Shown one piece after another: positions 15,030-29,050 of a DNA stretch of 64,000 nucleotides. The first letter of the stretch is position 1. Every line of letters begins with the position of its first letter. The stretch is taken from positions 26,908,001-26,972,000 of the forward strand of contig OX597839.1 of the NCBI GenBank assembly GCA_951406725.2, read 5' to 3'. Made by a program: the position numbers and the translations under genes. Below the pieces are notes generated by a model. The model was given only the letters and a program-made list of their open reading frames with translations, was not told the origin of the DNA and did no database searches. Source of the stretch: Octopus vulgaris (Eukaryota).

Positions 15030-15409
15030 TGGATATTTGTCCTCATCTTGTTTGTCGTTAAGACAACATTTCGGCTGATATATCCTCCAGCCTTTATCAG
15101 GTGTCTTCGGGAAATTTCGAACCTAGGGTCTCTTTCCTAAGGTGTTTTTTGATCTTCTTCTCCTTCTTCTTCTTATTATTATTGCTGTAAACAGCTGAAG
15201 TGAGCTAGAACGTTAAAACTTAGTGTGCATGCACAGCAGAGTCCAAGGTCAATCTCAGCGGTGGTGCCCCAGCATGGCCGCGGCCTTCGGGCTAAAACAT
15301 TTTTAAAGATTTAAGGATTATTATTATTATTATTCTGGTCACTGCCTGGTATCGAACTCGGAATCTTGGGGTTAGTAGCCCGCGCTCTTAACCACTACGC
15401 CATATGCCC
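15030..15409 (-). mobile_element. tRNA-headed element with hammerhead-like 3' module, interrupted by a LINE-tail insertion
   Basis: tRNA-like head 15337-15409 (A box TGGCGTAGTGG, B box GTTCGATACC), TAA linker, then CUGAUAA-a-GGCUG-loop-CAGCC-GAAA at about 15061-15102. Confidence 0.55.
15184..15317 (+). mobile_element. Short LINE-like 3' tail fragment inserted in (ATT)n
   Basis: GGTGGTGCCCCAGCATGGCCGC-GGCCTTCGGGCT-AAAACA, the same architecture as the family A SINE tail. Confidence 0.55.
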
Positions 15410-15521
15410 TTTTGTCTCTTGCTCTTTTGGATTGTACTGTGTGATGGGGTTGTGGTGTGTGTGTGTGTGTGTGTTGATGGGACGGCTATCATCTCTCAAG
15501 ATGAAGCAATCATCATAGATA

Positions 15522-15910
15522 TCTTTATATATAAAAGTGAAGTTGTGTGTCTGTCCCCTTCGATTTAGATTCCTAACTACTCCCACATTTTGCGGTGCAG
15601 TTTAACCAAAAGCGGGTATCTTATAGTCGTGATTCATATCGAGCCCTTCTGGGTATTAGCGCGCGTCTACGATGAGTCTACGATTTTAAAAATAATTTAC
15701 CATATTTTTTTCCATTTTAATGCATATTTTTTTAAAGGGAAGTAACTCTCTAAAAATGTCTACGATGAGTCAACGATTAAAAAAAAATCTACCATAATTT
15801 TTTTCCATTTTTAATGCATTTTTTTGCTATTTTTTTGGCTATAGCTCTCTAAAAATGCTTATATAGTTATTTCCCTTACAAACCCGAGCAACGCCGGGCG
15901 ATACTGCTAG
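15522..15910 (+). mobile_element. Non-autonomous Helitron
   Basis: 5' TC, 3' CTAG, inserted between A and T without TSD; subterminal hairpin CCCGAGCAACGCCGGG at 15883-15898; internal tandem duplication. Confidence 0.85.
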
Positions 15911-16241
15911 TATATATATAAACAGAGGGTGCGGCTGAAAAGCATCTCATATTTTATATGGTCATTTCTCTGGTGGTAATAAAGTGAGGGAGATGATGCT
16001 GGTATTTCTAGGTAGGTGGTGTCTGACTGTTTATTTTAGTATGGTTAAATTCGAGATTTGAATTGGTATATCAGTTCTTTTTGCCGCATTCTGTATATGT
16101 GTGTGTGTGTATGTACGTGTGTCTGTGTATGCGTGTGTGTGTGTGTGTGTGCGTGTGTGTGTCTGTTTATGAGTAAGAAGAGGAAATTAGATAATGTATG
16201 TTATGTCACGTAAATATTATTATTAATAATGATACTAATAA

Positions 16242-16406
16242 TGCGCAGGAGTGGCTGTGTGGTAAGTAGCTTGCTTACCAACCACATGGTCCCGGGTTCA
16301 GTCCCACTGCGTGGCACCTTGGGCAAGTGTCTTCTACTATAGCCTCGGGCCGACCAAAACCTTGTGAGTGGATTTGGTAGACGGAAACTGAAAGAAGCTC
16401 GTCGTA

Positions 16407-16439
<33 letters not shown>

Positions 16440-16660
16440 GCGTGTTTGTGTGTCTGTGTTTGTCCCCCCAACATTGCTTGACAGCCGATGCTGGTGTGTT
16501 TATGTCCCCGTCACTTAGCGGTTCGGCAAAAGAGACCGATAGAATAAGTACTGGGCTTACAAAAGAATAAGTCCTGGGGTCGAGTTGCTCGATTAAAGGT
16601 GGTGCTCCAGCATGGTCGCAGTCAAATGACTGAAACAAGTAAAAGAGTAAAAGAGTAAGA
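16242..16660 (+). mobile_element. Full-length SINE family A
   Basis: Head, central microsatellite and (GTAAAAGA)n tail. Confidence 0.95.
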
Positions 16661-16864
16661 GTATGATAATAATAATAATAATAAGAAATAACTAAAAAAT
16701 AAGGCGTGTGAGTATATGGTAAAGTGTGAGTAAATGGCTCTGACGAAGGAATCATTAATTTCCTTAGTTCTTTCAATTTACCTCAGCTGATCACTAAACT
16801 AATTGAGTAAACCTATAATGACTACTGGAAACAGCTGTAAGCCAAATTTGCTATAATAAAGGAA

Positions 16865-17165
16865 TTATATTCTGTTGTGTCTGGGGAGAGTAATTTTCTT
16901 TATAATGTAACCTATAAAATTTCCACTTTTTTCTTATAAGACTATTGAAAAGGTTGCAAGACGCTACGAAAATTTTAGGAAAATAAAAATATGAAATAAA
17001 TGGAAATTTTACTGGTGAGTGTGTTAAATTATAAGGCACAAAAAAAAAAATGACTCTCCCCAGACACAACAGAATATGCTTCAACACACGAACTCGCATA
17101 AAGAATCTTGCAAACCAAATCCAAAAACGAAAGTAATTATAGTTAACGACCATTATTTTAACTTG
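16865..17165 (+). mobile_element. PLE-like module with inverted 5' segment
   Basis: ATATTCTGTTGTGTCTGGGGAGAGT near 16867 is inverted to ACTCTCCCCAGACACAACAGAATAT near 17053; same family as 10408-10630. Confidence 0.6.
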
Positions 17166-17260
17166 TCTATTATATATATGTATGTGTGTATATACATACA
17201 TACATACATACATACATACATACATACATACATACATAGATACATAGATACATACATACA

Positions 17261-17294
<34 letters not shown>

Positions 17295-17819
17295 CATACA
17301 TAGATACATAGATACATAGATACACACATGCATACATACATACATACATACATACATACATACATACATACATACATACATACATACATACATACACATA
17401 TATGGCAGGCCTCTTTCAGTTTTTCTACGAAATCCACTCTCCAAGCTTAGGTTGGCTCGGGGTTATAGTAGAAGATACTTGCTGAAGGTTCCATGCGGTG
17501 TGACTGAACTCGGGCCCCAAGTGGTCGGGATGCAAAATTCTATCCACAAATCCACAAGGAGCAGGACCCGGCGTTCCCGGATATTGTGAAAATCGATAAC
17601 ATCTAAGATATCGCCACAGGAATTCGCCACATTCCGGATGATTTGTTTCAAAAAGAGAATGCTGATAATGGTCCTGGAAATAGTGTTTCCCTGAGGAATC
17701 GGACATAAAAGATTAGCCTGAAGACGGTCCATTTGGGACTTCAAGACGACCATCCCCCACAATCCACTCGGCCCACTGTTCCAAAAAATGTAGAAACTAA
17801 GATTCTAATTAACCTCTAC

Positions 17820-18007
17820 AGGAGCGGGCGTGGCTGTGTGATAAGAAGTTTTCTTCCCAACATCATGCTTACGGGTTCAGTCCCACCTTGGGGTAAGTGT
17901 CTTTGACAATAGCCTTGGGCCAACCAAAGCCTTGTGAGTGAATTTAGCTGACGGAGTCCGAAAGAAGCCCACATATATACCTGTATGTATGTATGTATGT
18001 ATGTATG

Positions 18008-18038
<31 letters not shown>

Positions 18039-18195
18039 GTATGTATGTATGTATATAATGTATGTATGTATGTATGGATGTATGTATGTATGTATGTCTG
18101 TATGTATGTAATGTATGTATATATAGAGAGAGAGGGAGAGGGAGAGACAGATAGAGATTGAGAGATAGATAGATAAATAGATATGCGTATGTATG

Positions 18196-18269
<74 letters not shown>

Positions 18270-18520
18270 TGTCTGTGTTTATTCCCTCTCACCGTTTGAC
18301 AACTGGTGTGGCCGTGTTTCCGACCCCATATCTTAGCGGTTCAGCGAAAGAGAACCACTAAAATGAATACCAGGTTTGGAAAAGAGAAGAAAAAAAAGGG
18401 GGTGCGGGGGAAACAAAACAAAACAAAGAACTGGTGACGATTCGTTTGACTAAAAATTCTTCAAGGCGATGCCCCAGCATGGGCGCAGTCTAATGACTGA
18501 AACAAGTGAAAGATAAAAGG
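17820..18520 (+). mobile_element. Diverged SINE family A with expanded central microsatellite
   Basis: Head 17820-17972 and tail 18265-18520. Confidence 0.8.
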
Positions 18521-18730
18521 TAGCGGTCTGGGAACATTGATTCCTTGAGGGATATGACATAAAAAGGGGTCAAGACATGTGTGAAGCGGATCTTCAGAAC
18601 CAAGTGCCCCGTCCCCTAATCCCTTTGGACCACAGTTCCGAAAAGATGCAAAATCTGAAATCCAAATTTATTTTTAGTTTTCTTAAAGACATTTTCTGGG
18701 AAAAGATGTTATTTGAAAAATATAATACTT

Positions 18731-19230
18731 GGGAATTATGTTAAGGGTACACGGTAATAGGGAATTATGTTGAGGTTAGTCGTTGGTAGGGAATTATGTT
18801 AAGAGTAGACGTGTATAGGGAATTATATTAAGGGTAGACGGTTATAGGGAATTACGTTAAGGATGAACGGGTATAGGGAAGTATGTTAAGGGCACACGGA
18901 TATGGGGAATTGTGTTAAGGGTAGACGTTTATAGGGAATTATGTTAAGGGTACATGGGTACAGGGGTAAGGCGGCGAGCTGGCAGAAACGTTAGCACGCC
19001 GGGCGAAATGCCTAGCGGTATTTCGTCTGCCGCTACGTTCTGAGTTCAAATTCCGCCGAGGTCGGCTTTGCCTTTCATCCTTTCGGGGTCGATAAATTAA
19101 GTACCAGTTACGCACTGGGGTCGATGTTATCGACTTAATCCGTTTGTTTGTCCCCTCTGTGTTTTAGCCCCTTGTGGGTAGTAAAGAAATAGGTACATGG
19201 GTACAGGGAATTATGTTAAGGGTACACAGG
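18731..19230. repeat. About 29-bp minisatellite (GGGAATTATGTTAAGGGTACACGG..), about 9 units
   Basis: Degenerate tandem units, interrupted by a SINE. Confidence 0.9.
18968..19191 (+). mobile_element. Full-length SINE family B with 17-bp TSD
   Basis: TSD GGTACATGGGTACAGGG at 18949-18965 and 19192-19208. Confidence 0.95.
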
Positions 19231-19278
19231 CATACAAAATACCCAGCCTGTTATGTATTTCTTTAGGGATAAGAAACC

Positions 19279-19530
19279 CAGATGTTCTTACCCGGGGTGC
19301 ATACGAACCTTGGGGTTCCGAATGAGATTTTGGTGATAGAATTAAACTGTAATTGGTTGTATTTTTACAATTCATAAAATACTTCAACAATTTATCTTAG
19401 ACAATTCATAACAATATTTAATTATTAATTGTAATGGGAGTTTTAATGAACATTGAATGTTTATTAGGGTCCAGTTGGGTAAAATAGGGGTCAAAAAGAT
19501 CCATCGGTAAAAAATGGTTGAGAACCACTG
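19279..19530. mobile_element. Decayed hAT-type MITE
   Basis: Right end GGTTGAGAACCACTG is a hAT/Charlie-like TIR; left end is degenerate (CAGATGTTCTTACC). A solo right end also occurs near 28254-28269. Confidence 0.55.
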
Positions 19531-19642
19531 AGTTAATCGAAGAACCGAATCCTCATCGTCGAAACCGATGGAAGAAATTCACCACACACACACACACACA
19601 CACACACGTATACATACTTACATATTTATCTACACACATAAA

Positions 19643-20328
<686 letters not shown>

Positions 20329-20395
20329 TACACATACGTATACATACAGATATACATATATATCATATACGTATATATAAATATAAATGTATACA

Positions 20396-20460
<65 letters not shown>

Positions 20461-20688
20461 CAAGGAAATTCCAACTCTGTCTCTTTTTTATGTTTTATTT
20501 ATATTCTTTATAATATTAATGTAGAATGTAGAGTATATAGTATATATAGTATAAATAGTATATATAGTAAAATGAAATGAAGTATTGATTGTCTTATTGA
20601 ATAGATGAAATGTTGAATATCACATATTAAGGGACTAGTATACGTTCTTGCATTAAAGCAGTCTGCAAGGTCCCAGGGTGTGACAGGA

Positions 20689-20759
<71 letters not shown>

Positions 20760-20887
20760 CAATATAGGGTAGCAAAAAATTCAATAGAAATTTATCGCCA
20801 CCAGCGGTCTAGTGAGAAAGAGAAAATAGTCAAAGACTATATATATAAATTCAACAACAATTGAGGAATGGTCTTAATAGGCCATTT

Positions 20888-20998
<111 letters not shown>

Positions 20999-21849
20999 AT
21001 TTGCGTACACACGCGCGCACACACACACGCATAAACACACACTCACATACACACACATATGTGCCTCCGTGTATGTATTAATGTGTTTGTCTGTGTCTTC
21101 TGTTAAACCGATATTAGCATAAAGGTAGATACACACACACACACACACACTATATCTCTCTTTCTCTCCCCCCTCTCTCTGTATATATATTCCGATGGGA
21201 CCATCCGACCGACCGACTCCCTATCAATTCCGGTGCTCTCTCTCCACCCCTCACCCCAAGGTTCGGTTATGTCTGAAGCACTTTTCTCATCTATGCATCA
21301 ACGACCTACTTTCTCTTTCTCTTTCTATAGGAAATTCCACATTACTTATTACGTGCAGACGACAGCAGACCCTCCACCCCCCACTCACCCGTTTCAACCA
21401 TTTTTCACCCTTCACCCTTCACCCCTTCACGCGTCGTCAATCATCTTGAAGACACGGGTGGGCGGGCGCTCGAGTCATCCGAGCGTAACACAAAAGACCC
21501 TCTTCATGATGTCACACCTTCATCGGCCAATGAACAACGGTTTCGAGACGAGCCTTGAGCGACCAGACACATGGGAAATGCCATCGCTATTAACGGCCCA
21601 CACTCGTAATCGCTCAGCCGCTGCTCCCTCCGCAGACATAATCTGAATAAGAATAACAATAACGAGGACAATAACAACAGTTACAACAACATATTATGGA
21701 CCATTAAAAGCAGGAAGAAAATAAATGGCAGCCTTTAGTACACAATACCTTAGTGTCATGGCTGCCTCATAGATATGTAAATACGTGGAAATTTCACCTC
21801 AGAGACTAGCGTTGCTCAGTGCATAGTTTCGCCATCAGATGCCGCACTA

Positions 21850-22420
21850 ATGGCTCCACCACCTCCACCAAAGCCACCACCTCCACCATCACCAGTGTTA
21901 GTGCCATCGCTGTCACCACTGACGCGTCCACCACCGCCGCCGCCGCCGCCGCCGCCACGATCATCATCGCCACCACGAACCAGCGTCACCGCTGCCGACG
22001 TCGCTTCGAACACCCTCACAACCGCCATCGCTACCACTGTCAGTATCGCCGCTATCACCACCACCACCACCACCACCGCCGCCACAACAACCACCGCCGC
22101 CGCTGCCACCACCACCACCACCACCACCACCACTGCCGCCGCCGCCGCCATCACCAACAACAACAACAATACCACCACCACTGACGCCATCACCACTACC
22201 ATCGCCGTCCGTTATTACCACTATACTACCACCACTACTGCTATCACTGTTACCGCCATCAACACCACCACCACCACCACCAGCACCAGCACCAGTACCA
22301 CCACCACAGCCAACAACAACAACAAAACAACAACAATAACAAACACTACCACCACCACCACCACAACAACAGCCATCACTACTATCACCACCACCGTCAG
22401 CACCATCACAAGCGCCATGT
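21850..22420. repeat. Degenerate (ACC/GCC/AAC)n low-complexity tract
   Basis: Triplet-repeat mosaic, open in several frames on both strands. Confidence 0.8.
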
Positions 22421-22819
22421 GAGTAAATTTGGTTGATGAAAACTGTGTTGAAGCCCGTCGCATGTGTGTGTGTGTGTGTCGGTCCCCACACCACTTGACA
22501 ACCGGTGCTCGTCTGTTTACGTCGCAGTTACTTAGCTGTTTGGCAAAAGATACCGACAGAATAAGTACAAGACTTCAAAGAAGCAAAAAAAAAAAAAAAC
22601 AAAAACGCAAGATTGATTTGTTTCACAATAACCGCTTCAAGGTGTTGCTCCAGCTTGGACGCACTCCCACGATTGAAACAAAGAACAGAATAAAAAAAGA
22701 TAAAAAGACAATGTAATAAATGTTACGGAAATCGGTAAATTTAATCAAGGAATTGAAAAATAAGAGCCATGCTCCAGCGTGGCCGCATCCTACGACTGTA
22801 TCTATAAAAAGAATAGAAA

Positions 22820-22879
<60 letters not shown>

Positions 22880-22882
<3 letters not shown>

Positions 22883-23485
22883 CGCAGGAGTGGCTGTGTG
22901 GTAAGTAGCTTCTTTACCAACCACATGGTTCCGGGTTCAGTCCCACTGCGTGACATCTTGGGCAAGTGTCTTCTGCTATAGCCCCGGGCCGACCAATGCC
23001 ATGTGAGTGGATTTGGTAGACGGAAACTGAAAGAAGCCTATCGTATATATGTGTGTGTATATATATATATATGTATATATATATGTGTGTGTGTGCGTGT
23101 ATGTTTGTGTGTCTGTGTTTGTCCCCCTAGCATTGCTTGACAACCGATGCTGGTGTGTTTATGTCCCCGTTACATAGCGGTTCGGCAAAAGAGACCGATA
23201 AAATAAGTACTGGGCTTACAAAAGAATAAGTCCCGGGGTCGAGTTGCTCGATTAAAGGCGGTGCTCCAGCATGGCCGCAGTCAAATGCCTGAAACAAGTA
23301 AAAGAGTAAAGAGTAAAATATAGGTGAAGGCGTGGCTGTGTGGTAAGAAGCTTGCTTCCCAACGGCGTGGTTCCGGGTTCAGTCTTACTGTGTGGCACTT
23401 TGAGCAAGTGTCTTCTACTATAGTCTCGGACTGATCAAAGCTTCATGAATGGATTTTGGAGATAGAAACTGAAAGAAGCCTCCGT
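22880..23485 (+). mobile_element. Full-length SINE family A plus a second head
   Basis: Complete copy 22880-23315; head only 23322-23485. Confidence 0.92.
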
Positions 23486-24049
23486 GAGAGATTGAGGGGA
23501 AGAGAAGGAGAGAGAGCTTTAGGCAGAGAGGGTGGTGGAGGGAGGGAGAGAGATAGGGGATAGAGGAAGAGAAAGAAAGAGGGAGGGAGAGGGAGTGAGA
23601 GAGAGGAAGAGGCAGAGAGGATGGTGGAGAGAAGGAGAAAGGGAGAAAAAGGAAGAGACAAAGAGAGGAAAAGAGTGGGATGGGGGAGAGAGGGAGAGAT
23701 AAAGAGAGAGAGAGGGAAAGAGACAGGGTGGGGAGAGAAGGAGACAAAGAGAGAGAGAGACAGATAGGGAGAGAGAGAAAGAGAGAGGGAGAGATAAAGA
23801 ATGAAAAAAAAAGAGAGAGAGAGAGAGAAGCGACCCGACCGAGAGAGGTGAACTGTACTTCATCAGCCAGCCGCCCAACCAGCCGGCCGGCCGGTTAGTA
23901 GTGTGGTGGTGGTGGAGGTGGTGGTGGAGGTGGTGGTGGTGGTGGGGTGGTGGTGGTGGTGGAGGTGGTGCCTTTGGTTGGGAAGAGCAAAACAGAATGG
24001 CGTTTGTTTGTTTGATTGGAATTCAAGAAAAACAGAAAGACAACAACGA

Positions 24050-24104
24050 AGTCGATGACGATAACAGCAACAACATCAACAACAGCAGAACTACCGTCAT
24101 CATC

Positions 24105-24136
<32 letters not shown>

Positions 24137-24645
24137 CATCAACAACAACATCATCATCATCATCATCGTTATCATCGTCGTCATCATCATCACCATCATC
24201 ATCATCGTCATCACCATCATCATCATCGTCATCACCATCATCATCATCGTCATCACCATCATCATCATCATCATCACCACCATCATCATCATCATCATCA
24301 TCAAGATCATCATCATCGTCATCATCATCAACATCATCAACATCATCAACATCATCATCATCAACATCATCATCATCATCACCATCATCATCATATACCA
24401 TCATCATCATCATCATCATCATATATCATCATCATCATCAACATCATCATCGTTATCATCATCATCGTCATCATCATCATTACCAACAACAGCACCAACA
24501 CCACCACAACCATCATCATTATCATCATCATCAAAAGCAACAACAAACAACAGCCACATCATCATCGTCATCATCATCATCATCAACAACAGCAATAAAA
24601 GCATTTAATAACACCAGCATGAACAACACCAACAACAACACTAAA
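24050..24645. repeat. (CAT)n-type degenerate microsatellite
   Basis: Directly visible; similar tracts at 26823-27000, 27437-28035 and 31020-31520. Confidence 0.9.
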
Positions 24646-24934
24646 TAAATAGAATAAAACAGATAAAGCCGATGAAAGAAAGACAAAGAGAAACAAACAA
24701 ACATCATTTTTCCGTATCGCGAAGAGGAAGTAATTATTTTCGCGTTACGTTTCCGTTTTTTGTTTGTATTGTTTATGTCGTTGTTATTTTTTTCTTTGGT
24801 TTTATTTACTAATTTATTTTTTCACTGCCTTTTTAATAGTGTTGAGGGAGGAAAAAGACGAAGGTGGGGGAGGATTATCTGGTCTTTATGTAAACGTATG
24901 GATGCGTACAACAACAATAAAAATAATAATAATG

Positions 24935-24990
<56 letters not shown>

Positions 24991-24991
<1 letters not shown>

Positions 24992-25390
24992 GGCGTGGCT
25001 GTGTGGTAAGTAGCTTGCTTACCAACCACATGGTACCGGGTTCAGTCCACTGCGTGGCATCTTGGGCAAGTGTCTTCTGCTATAGCCCCGGGCCGACCAA
25101 AGCCTTGTGAGTGGATTTGGTAGACGGAAACTGAAAGAAGCCTGTCGTATATATGTATATATATGTATATGTATGTGTTTGTGTGTGTGTGTTTGTACCC
25201 CTAGCATTGTTTGACAACCGATGCTGGTGTGTTTACGTCCCCGTCACGTGGCGGTTCGGCAAAAGAGACCGATAGAATAAGTACTGGGCTTACAAAGAAT
25301 AAGTCCCGGGGTCGATTTGCTCGACTAAAGGCGGTGCTCTAGCATGGCCGCAGTCAAATGACTGAAACAGGTAAAAGAGAGAGTAAAGAG
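24991..25390 (+). mobile_element. Full-length SINE family A in a (TAA)n tract
   Basis: Matches the family consensus. Confidence 0.92.
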
Positions 25391-25487
25391 TAATAATGAG
25401 AATAATAACAACAACAACAACAACAATAATAATAATAATAACAACAAAAACAACAACAACAAAAACAACAACAACAACAACAATAAC

Positions 25488-25536
<49 letters not shown>

Positions 25537-25560
25537 TTAATAAATAATAATAAATAATAA

Positions 25561-25692
25561 ATGTCCTGATGCAGTACCAGTCAGTGGCTCTCATGGCTTC
25601 TGATCTTAACTGATTGGAAGTGTTATCATGTACATTGTTTTGTCATGGTATAAAAGATGGGCTGCAGCAAATATTCTGCTCAATACCACAGG
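25561..25692 (+). mobile_element. Fragment of the TAA-associated non-coding repeat (family E)
   Basis: Near-identical to 41488-41620. Confidence 0.8.
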
Positions 25693-25750
25693 GACTTAGT
25701 GCTTGCTTTTCCATGGGTATGAGTAAGTATTTCACTTATGTCTTACGTAT

Positions 25751-25810
25751 TTACGCTGAGGAGGAGAAAATTCTTATGAATTAACTCTGAAATTGGAACC
25801 AATACGGTAA
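25751..25810 (+). ncRNA. Type I hammerhead ribozyme motif, partly decayed
   Basis: CUGAGGA (25756-25762), stem II GGAG/CUCU, GAAA (25789-25792), stem III AUUGG-aa-CCAAU, triplet AUA; stem I imperfect. Confidence 0.55.
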
Positions 25811-25966
25811 TAACAGAATTTTTTTAGAAATTTCTATCGGCTTGTTTCGAGACACATGTTAATTAGTGATAAATTATAATGGTTATTGACAATTTGTCTA
25901 TTTTCTGCATATTTAGCATTAGAATTTTTTTCTTTTGCCCTTAGTTTATAACCTATATATATATAA

Positions 25967-26017
<51 letters not shown>

Positions 26018-26402
26018 CACACAGACACGCATTATCTATATGCTGAAAGTTATAGGGCCTTCTTCAGAAACCGTAGGGTATAGGTTCAGCCAAGTTTGAG
26101 GGCGCCATGGAGAATGTTAGGACGGCGTCCCTACGACTTCATCGTGGGACGAGAGGAAAGGAGCAACAAAGAAATAGGAGCAAGAAGAGCAAGAAAGATT
26201 TAAGCAAAATCTGGCTGCTATTTCTAGCAAATTAAGCAAACCACGTAGAGGAGTTCTGATTTTCCCGTCATGCATCGCATAAATTGGTAATCTATGAATT
26301 TTAATTACTCTGCACCTGTACCAATTAATTTAAATTTAAAGAATTTGCGTGTGCGTGTGTATGTGCATATATATATAGAGACACACACACACACACACAC
26401 AT

Positions 26403-26633
26403 TCTTTTATTCTTTTATTTGTTTCAGTCATTTGGCTGCGGCCATGCTGGAGCACCACCTTTAGTCCAACAAATCAACCCCAGGACTTATTCTTTGTAAG
26501 CCTAGTACTTATTCTATCGGGCTCTTTTGCCGAACCGCTAAGATACAGGGACGTGAATACGCCAACATCAGTTGTGAACCGATGGTGGGGTGAGTGGGAA
26601 AGACAAACACACACACATACACCCCCCATACAC

Positions 26634-26669
<36 letters not shown>

Positions 26670-26805
26670 GATGGGCTTTTTTCAGTTTCCGTCTACCAAA
26701 TCCACCGGGGCTATAGTAGAAGACGTTTGCCCAAGGTGCCACGCAGTGGGACTGAACCCGGAACCACGTCGTAGGGAAGCAAGCTTCTTTCCACACAGCC
26801 ACGTA
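26403..26805 (-). mobile_element. SINE family A
   Basis: Matches the family consensus, with an internal deletion. Confidence 0.88.
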
Positions 26806-26850
26806 TACTTATATAAGTCATTACATCATCGTCATCATCGTCGTCGTCGT

Positions 26851-26900
<50 letters not shown>

Positions 26901-26913
26901 CCATCACCACCAC

Positions 26914-26996
<83 letters not shown>

Positions 26997-27512
26997 ACGA
27001 CAATAACAACAATAACTAAAACCAGAGCAAAAACAACAACAATATCGAAAGTAGCAGCAGCAACACGCTACTATTTTCGACTCTAAATATAAAATTCTTC
27101 CCAGTTTGGCGAATGTAGCCGAGGCCGAGGTCGATTCGCTTCTAAATATGGCAGCTGCCTTAACATTCGATTTGTGATTCCTTAATTACTTATGTAATTA
27201 GAATGAAATTTTTTAATTACTTATGTAATTAGAATAAAATTAATTAACCAAATTAGATGAATGAATGGTGCATTGTAATGAAACTCTTAGCAGCAGCAGC
27301 AGCAGAGTGAGTACCTGTTACTTGGCATTCTTCAAACTGCACCGATTCCACCTGAGGAACCAAACGCCTGATCAGCATCGAAAGTTCTGTTGTGGTTCTT
27401 TGCGTCTGCTGTTTACCGGAAAAACACCATTATTTGACGATGACAACGACGATGATGATGATGGTGACAATGATGATGATGATGATGACGACGATTATGT
27501 CGTTGATGACGT

Positions 27513-27548
<36 letters not shown>

Positions 27549-28283
27549 CGACGACGACGACGATGATTATGTTGATGACGGTGATGATGATAATGATGAT
27601 GATGATGAGGATGGGGATGATGATGATGATGATGACGGTGATGATGACTGATGAGGATGATTAATGGTGATGATGATGATGATAATGATAATAATGATGA
27701 TGATGATGATGATGATGAGGATGATGATGATGATGATGACGGTGATGATGACTGATGAGGATGATTAATGGTGATGATGATGATGATAATGATGATAATG
27801 ATGATAATGATGATGATGACGACGATTATGTCGTTGATGACGTTGATGATGATGATGATGATGACAGCGACGACGACGACGACGACGACGACGATGATGA
27901 TGAGGACAATGAGGATGACGATGATAATAATGATGATGACGATGATAATGATGATGATAATGATGATGATGTTGATGATGTTGATGATAATGATGATGAC
28001 GACGACGACGGGAACGACGATGATGATGATGATCAATGGCGTGGAGAAGGGGAGGCTGGTATGCATGGGCGCCTGCTGGCCTTCCATAAACAACCTTGCT
28101 CAGACTTGTACCGTGTGCAATTCAACGGACATTCATAACCGAAAGGGGTTCTTTACCCTTACCCCACAACAAATGTTTGAATATTTTGTGTGTTGTAGAA
28201 ACATAACCAGTTAATTGCACAGGAATTTCAACAACCAAATTTTATACGTAACCTGGTTGAGAACCACTGTTTTAGATGCATGT

Positions 28284-29050
28284 ACTCTCTCTTTTTCTCT
28301 CTTTTACTCTGTTTTTCTCTCTCTGTTTTTCTCTCTTTTTCTCTCTTTTTCTCTCTTTTACTCTCTTTTTCTCTCTTTTTCTCTCTTTTTCTCTCTTTTT
28401 CTCTCTTTTATTTTACTCTCTTTTTCTCTCTTTTACTCTCTTTTTCTCTTTACACATACATCCTCATCAGTCATCATCACCGTCATCATCATCATCATCC
28501 CCATCCTTTTTCTCTCTTTTTCTCTCTTTTACTCTCTTTTTCTCTCTTTTACTCTCTTTTTCTCTCTTTTTCTCTCTTTTACTCTCTTTTTCTCTCCCTT
28601 TTTCTCTCTTTTTCTCTCTTTTTCTCTCTTTTTCTCTCTTTTACTCTCTTTACTCTCTTTTACTTGTTTCAGTCATTCGACTGCGGCCATGCTGGAGCAC
28701 CACCTTTAGTCGAGCAAATCGACCCCGGGACTTATTCTTTCTAAGCCCAGTACTTATTCTATCGGTCTCTTTTGCAGAAACCGCTAAGTAACAGGGACGG
28801 AAACACACCAGCATCGGTTGTCAAGCAATGCTTGGGGACAAACACAAACACACAAACACACACACACATATATATATATATACATATATACGACAGGCTT
28901 CTTTCAGTTTCCGTCTACCAAATCCACTCACAAGGCATTGGTCGGCCCGGGGCTATAGCAGAAGACACTTGCCCAAGGTGCCACGCAGTGGGACTGAACC
29001 CGGAACCATGTGGTTGGTAAGCAAGCTACTTACCACACAGCCACTCCGGC
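28284..29050 (-). mobile_element. SINE family A with greatly expanded (GAGAAAAAGA/GAGTAAAAGA)n tail
   Basis: Body 28660-29050; tail repeats extend to about 28284. Confidence 0.9.

Noticed and set aside
15337-15409. Functional tRNA gene
   Set aside because: The acceptor and anticodon stems pair poorly; it is better explained as a SINE head, as are the other tRNA-like heads.
16740-16775. CTGACGA hammerhead box
   Set aside because: No GAAA or stem III follows. A similar partial match near 21820-21840 (-) lacks stem II.
17463-17762. Unique-sequence ORFs on the minus strand
   Set aside because: No recognisable motif or convincing exon boundaries; left unassigned.
18731-19230. CRISPR-like 29-bp repeats
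   Set aside because: A contiguous degenerate minisatellite without spacers.
21850-22422. Mucin-like Pro/Thr-rich ORF
   Set aside because: A triplet-repeat mosaic with no signal peptide or domain.
27265-28138. Asp-rich biomineralisation-like ORFs
   Set aside because: (GAT)n microsatellite with frame breaks that runs into a SINE fragment.
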